DNA of 7,491 nt from Fonticula alba ATCC 38817 (lineage: Eukaryota > Protista > Nucleariida): the NCBI GenBank assembly GCA_000388065.2, contig KB932201.1; one strand, given 5' to 3'. Shown here piece by piece: positions 1 to 5,649 of the stretch. Made by a program: the position numbers and the translations under genes. The number at the start of each line of letters is the position of its first letter. Positions within the stretch are counted from its first letter, which is position 1. The notes beneath the pieces are model-generated. The model made no database searches. It saw nothing but the letters and a program-made list of their open reading frames with translations, and was not told where the DNA came from.

Positions 1-263
1 CCCTTCGTCAAGCCTCACTCACTTGACTTAGGCTTAACCCGTGTGAACCCTGCTACAAGGCAGCTCGATAACCGCCGCGCAATTTAAACTCCAACTTGGA
101 GGTGGCCTCTTTTTTTCTGGTCGTCCCGCTCTCGGTCCGAGCCAGCGGGCTTCCTGGCATCGATCCGTCCCCCTCGCCTCCATATCCTCCTCCCCCCCGT
201 CCCTCCCTCTCCTTTCTCCTTTACTCGGTCTCCCTGTCCCTGCCCTGCCCCTTCGGCTCCTTG

Positions 264-330
264 GTATCTCCTCCCCACTTTTCTCTCTCTCTCTCTCTCT
301 TTCCCCCCATCCCACCTCGGGCGCCGCTAG
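264..330 (+). other. Candidate 5'-UTR intron (acceptor TAG at 328-330; donor GTATCT at 264, or GTGGCC at 102)
   Basis: Seen: a long pyrimidine tract including (CT)9, then CCGCTAG|G 13 nt before the ATG. There is no ATG in 1-343. Inference only; the donor is uncertain. Confidence 0.35.
283..300 (+). repeat. (CT)9 microsatellite in the upstream pyrimidine tract
   Basis: Seen directly. Confidence 0.9.
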
Positions 331-343
331 GACGCGTGGTGCT

Positions 344-1735
344 ATGTCAGAGTCCCGGCCCGCGCCGGACGCCGTGTTCCTGGATGTTGGCCCGATGTCG
401 CCGCAGTCACGTCGGCTGGATGGATCGGCGCACGGCGCGACGACCGGCTCGGTGGCCGGGATTTCTTCGCGAGAGGTGTTTTCCACGCCAATCGGCGCCG
501 CGGCCGGCCTGCCCTTTACCCCGGGAAGTTTGTTCTACACGCCGATGGACTTTGGCCCGGCGAGGGACTCGGTAGCCCCATCAACAATCCAGCAATACCA
601 CTCGCCGAGTGGCCGGCTTTCTAGTTGGTCCGGCGACAGGGTCGTCCATGGGGATGGCGATGATGAGGGTCGCCATGCGCCGCCCTTTTCGCCGCTGTCG
701 CAAAAATCCTCCAGCCCCTGGTTCCAGGCCAGCCTCTCCTCTCCGGTGGCGGTGGACATGGCGAACCGCGAGTCGAGCTTGCTCCTGCAGCTTCGACCGG
801 TCCACATCCATCGGCGGGGTGCCTCGGTCCTGGCCGATGCCGCGCCCCTGGCCCTACATGAGTTGGATGTGCCCGACTCGGAGGCCCCGGCGGCGGCAGC
901 CGGCCTGTCTGGGCCGGAGCCCGACACAAGCAGGGCTCTGTCTCTATCGGATGGCCACGACGCCGACTGGATGCGTGCAAATGGTCCCCCGAAAGCCGTC
1001 GAGAGTCCGGCCAGCAGTCGCTTTCACTTGACAAAGTCTCTTTTGCTGAGTGATTCGTCTGCCAACGTGCCGGAGCCGATCGCCCGAGCGCGGCCCTTCC
1101 ATGAGGCTGGGGCACCTGCCAAGGCGGGGCCATTCAACGAGACGGATTCTCTCAATGAACTTCGGCCTTTGAATGCACCCGAGCCTTTGAGCCAAGTGGA
1201 GCCCTTCAGCCCGATGGAGTCCCCGGATCTGGCCGAGGCCATCCCCCTGGCCGCCCCCCTTGACTCGATCGGGTCGTTCACTCTGGGTGAGCCTCTCGGC
1301 GCGACCGACCACTCCGGCCGTGCGCCTGGCGAAGCCAATCGGCTTTCGATCAAGATCCAGTCGTCCAGTCCAACGGAGCCAGCCATCCCGGCCAGTCACT
1401 GGCAATCGGCCGACGCATTTTCACCGAGCACCGGGCCTGTGGCGCATGTACCTGCCGAGACATCTCCAACGAGCCCGACGGATCCCTGGCGCGTGGCTGG
1501 GCAGCCGCCATCGCCGCCCATTCGCCCAGCAGGACGCACCATGTCTTTATCTCTGCACAAGGAGCAGGTGTCAGAGCTGGCTGTGGCACATGCGCCTATG
1601 TTTGAACCTGAGCCGGAGCCGAAGTCTGAACCTGAGCATGAGCACAAGCATGAGCACAAGCATGAGCACAAGCATGAGCACAAGCATGAGCATGAGCATG
1701 AGCATGAGCATGAGCACGAGCACGAGCACGAGCAT

Positions 1736-1776
<41 letters not shown>

Positions 1777-1801
1777 TGGGCATGGGCATGAGCATGAGCA
1801 T

Positions 1802-1836
<35 letters not shown>

Positions 1837-4800
1837 TGAATCTGAGCCCTTGCCCGAGCCCTTGCCCGAGCCCTTGCCCGAGCCCTTGCCCGGGCCGGAG
1901 CCTCACTCTGAGCCCATCCTCAGAGTTGTCCCCGCCGCACCTGCTCAAGCCGGTGCCCCGGGTCGGCCGCACTTTTCCATCTCCGTTGGCCCGTCGGGCA
2001 GCTGTTCGATTGAATTGCGGTCCTTCGGCGATCGCGAGACGTTGTCCCTCTCGCAGCATACGGACAACTCGTCCCTCGTGGCGGCCACGCACCAGCACTT
2101 TGGCTCCTCGGTTACAATCCACATTCACCCGGAGGATGGCAGGCCGCCAATGCCCCGGTCGGCTGCCCACGGGCCGCACCTCTCCCTGGGGGCGTCTCGC
2201 GTGTCGGTTGCCGGGGCGCGTTTGACGTTGGAGAGTTCGGCTTTGGCCAGTGGCCAGGTCTCGCTGGAAAGTTCACGCTTTTCCCTGGAGCAATCGGGCT
2301 TCGGCGGCCAGGGCGCCGTGGCATCCAGGGCCATCCAGCCACCGAATCATTCGCCGGACACCCTACCACTGGACCTGAATGTCGCAGCCCCTGATGCCCT
2401 GCCCTTGGCCACCTCTTTGTGGTCGAAGCCGACCGCGAGCTTGCGTCAGTCAACATCCCTCTTTTCTCCGGGGCTTAGCCTAACCGATAAGCAGGGCGTC
2501 CCTCGGGCAAGAGCCACCACCCCCGAGCCGGCCCCGCCCGCCAGCCGGTGGACTGGTGGATCCCCGGCGCCGGTGCCGGCGTCTAATCACCGGGCACCGG
2601 ATGGTGTCTCCTCGGCGTCGCGGTATTTGCCGTCTCCTTCGCATGCGCGTGTCTTTGCCTCCCCCCAGGGGCGGATGTCCCTCAGCCGGGCCGAGGAGCC
2701 GCCAGAGCACGACGCCCCCCTGGATATCCCATTGCCAGAGGTGGCGATGCCAACAAGGACAACGACAACAGGAACAGCAGCAGCAGCAGCAGCAGCACCA
2801 GCAGCAACAACGGCGGTCACTCCTGATGCCTTCCAGGCAGGCTCCAGCCGACTCTTCCTCACTTCGCCGCTGATTGCCTCGATGCGTGTCCAGGGCCCCG
2901 AGGCCACTGGCGATGCGGGCCGCGTGGACCCCTTTTCCGCCGGGGCATCCTTGTCTCGGCAAATGGCGCCGATTTTGAAGCTGCCAGCCGCGGGGGCGGC
3001 CGCTATGGCGGTGTCGGCGGTCAGCCCGGCCCCAGCTCGAGCCTCCGCCTCCGTCTCGGCCTCCGGGGCTCCGGCGGCCCCGGTCGCGGCCCTGACCACG
3101 GGGAACCCTCTTCAGCGCTCGTGGTCGTGGTCCTGGCGCGAGGACCTGGATCGGCACCGGTCCCCAGCCACTCATGAGCGCCAACCGCCCGGTCGGTCGG
3201 CCTCCCTCCTCTCGTCGATGGATCTGGATCTGGATGAAGGGTCGCCCCTGCCGCCGGGCCCGGCGGCGTCTGCGGTCTCTGTGAGCTCGGTGGTAATGCC
3301 CCCGCGGCCGACCACCCCCTCAGGCCAGCTGGCCCCCTCATCGGGCCGGGGGACCAGCTTCCCGACAATGCCCTCCCTATCGCCGATCAGCATCCCCCTC
3401 TTGGGGGAGAGCATGCTCTACTCGGACCTGAGCGGGAGTTCACGCCTCCGCGATGACGACCTGTGCCCCTCGCCGGACACATTCACTCGAGGGCTGGGCG
3501 GCTGGATGGCGGACTTGCGCCAGCGCCCACCGCTGGCATCCCCCGCCGCCGAGCCGCTTTTCAAACAGTCGCCGCAGGTGGTCCCGACGCTGGCTGACCG
3601 GTCGCTGTCGTTGGTCACTCCGGCCGCCACCACGGCCACCGCCACCACGACCCCCCTCATGGAGTCCATTGACGCTTCCGCCGCCGCTACCATGGCCAGG
3701 ATTTCTGCCAGCGCTCCTGCTGCTGCTGCTGCTGCTTCTGCTACTGCCATCGGTGCTTCTATTGGCTCTGAGAGTGTCGACCGTGCTGGCGCCGGTGGGC
3801 CGGCGGCTGTCCCGGTCGCGCGTCGGCTCAGTGTCCTTCGCCCGGAGGACTTGGACTTGAGCAGCGGCGAATTGGATCTCAGTGGCGACACTCGGGAGCG
3901 GAGCCCGTCTCGGGTCGGTTCCGGGCCCGAGCCGGTGGCACGGCCGACGGCCGTGCGCTTGCCGCCCACATCGATCGAAATCCTGTCGAATTTGTCGCCA
4001 ATCGCAGGGCTGCCCACCCTGCGAGCAAAGCCGCCCGTTCCGCCGACGTTCACCGCACCCCGGCCGCTGGCTGGCCCTGTGGCCGCCGTCTCCGCGGCTC
4101 CTCCGGGCGACTCATTCATGTCCGATCCTCCGGTGTCTTTGGATGGACCACCCCGGGCAAATGCCTCCTCGTCAGTGGCAGCGCCGGTGTCGGTGGCCAC
4201 AGCGGCCTTGCCGGTGTCCGGCGCGGCTGCCATGCCTGCTGCCGCCACAGCCGGGGCCTCGGTTGCGGCGTCCCCATCCGCCATCCCGGCATCCGCCCCC
4301 CGATCCATGTCGCCGGAGGCATCCGCGCCAATGGTCGCCGCAGCCGATGGACCCCACCCTGTGGCGCTGTTGCCCGCCGTGCCGACTTTCACAGCTCCTG
4401 CCCCTCCAATTGAGAGCATGTCCCTCCTCGGGCGGGCTCTCTTGCCGTCGGCCGGTCGCGGCCCGCCATCCATGCGGGCCACCGTCCCGACCGACCTGCT
4501 CGGCGCCAGCTTGAGCCGGCATCTGGGGCTGGATTTTGCGGCCGGCCTCACGGCACATCGGTCGTCATCGGGCTTGGGCATCCCGGCCAGTCCTCGGTCT
4601 CGGTCTCGGTCTCGGTCTTCCGATGATGCGGTTGTCCCTTCGCCGAAGCGCGTGCGTCTTGACGACTCGGATTTGCTCTTCGCCGAGATCGATGCCTCGG
4701 CCCCGGAGCCGGGCCCCTGGGCGGCGGGGTCCTCGCCTTCGGGCGGCACGCCCCTGCAATCGCCCCGCTTGGAGGCCTCGGCCTCCCTGCATGGCTCGCC

Positions 4801-5649
4801 GGCGCCCATCAAGTCGGAGCCCCTCTTCCCCGCTGGTGGTGGTGTTAGCCCCCACTTGCCTCTGGGCGGGATGCTCTTTTCGCCGGGCCTGGCGCCGGCT
4901 TCCGCCTCTCCCGATCCAGTCATCAAGCAATCTCCCCAGCTGGCCGCGGCGTCCAGATCGACCTCCCTTTCTCGGCCCTTCTTCACGCCTACCCCTCGGG
5001 AAACGCCGGCCCCGGCTGCGCGACCGAGCCCGGTCCCGCCTGCTCGAGGGACTTCGATTTTGGCCTCGCAAAGGACGCCGGGCCCCGCTTCCCGGCCAAC
5101 CCCCGCGCCAGGGCCCGGCTCGGCCCCCGAATCCGGGCCGGCCATCACTCCGGCCCCTCGAGCCGGCTCGGCTCGGGCCATGCGCTCACCCCCGATCAAG
5201 ACCTCCCCGGTGGGTTACCCGCCCCGGGTGAGGTCGCCACCGGCGGTGTCGGCCTCGACTCCGGTGTCGGCGCCGGTGTCAGCCTCGGCGCCGGCCCGAC
5301 GCTCTGTCCCTCCCCCGGCCACCGGGCCCGGCCCGGTGTATGGGTACATGCGGCTGACATGTGCGGCTGCCTCGCGAATGGCCGCCGCACGGGACCCCAC
5401 CAGCACCGCAGCCAAGGTGGCCAGCCCCCGGCGGCCCCGGCCGCGACCTGGGCGCTCGGCCTTCGACCCCTCGGCGTCGTTGATTTTTGGTCGTCGAGGC
5501 TCGGCCGCCGTGACGGCGGCCAGCCCGGCGGCCCGGTCGCGTCCTCCCCCGCGGCCAGTGCCCGCCTCGCCGACCGGCATTCGTCGAATGACCCGGGTGA
5601 CCGTGCCCCAGTCGCCGCTTCTTCACACCCGCCGCCGGACCCGGACCAG
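344..5649 (+). CDS. Coding exon 1 (Ser/Pro/Ala-rich, probably largely disordered; ends just after TPX2-type motif 1)
   Basis: Seen: an uninterrupted frame of consistent composition, ending at CAG|GTTCGT in phase 2. Hidden in-frame (3n) introns cannot be excluded. Confidence 0.85.

Noticed and set aside
81-90. AATTTAAACT as a TATA-like promoter element
   Set aside because: It is a short AT patch that is not a canonical TATA box, and there is no transcription start information.
1634-1891. CRISPR array, engineered His tag or vector sequence
   Set aside because: There are no unique spacers, the units are contiguous 6- and 12-mers in frame, the His residues alternate rather than run consecutively, and the context is a eukaryotic intron-containing gene.
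2556-2873. Poly-glutamine protein from the CAG repeat
   Set aside because: It is out of frame with the main gene, which reads the repeat as poly-Ala.
4277-4288. SAIP as an EB1-binding SxIP motif
   Set aside because: The flanks are not basic, and one match is expected by chance in 2000 aa rich in S, A and P.
3418-5199. 593-aa minus-strand ORF and the other antisense or alternate-frame ORFs overlapping exon 1
   Set aside because: Shadow ORFs are expected in very GC-rich coding DNA where stop codons are scarce. They contain no recognisable motifs.
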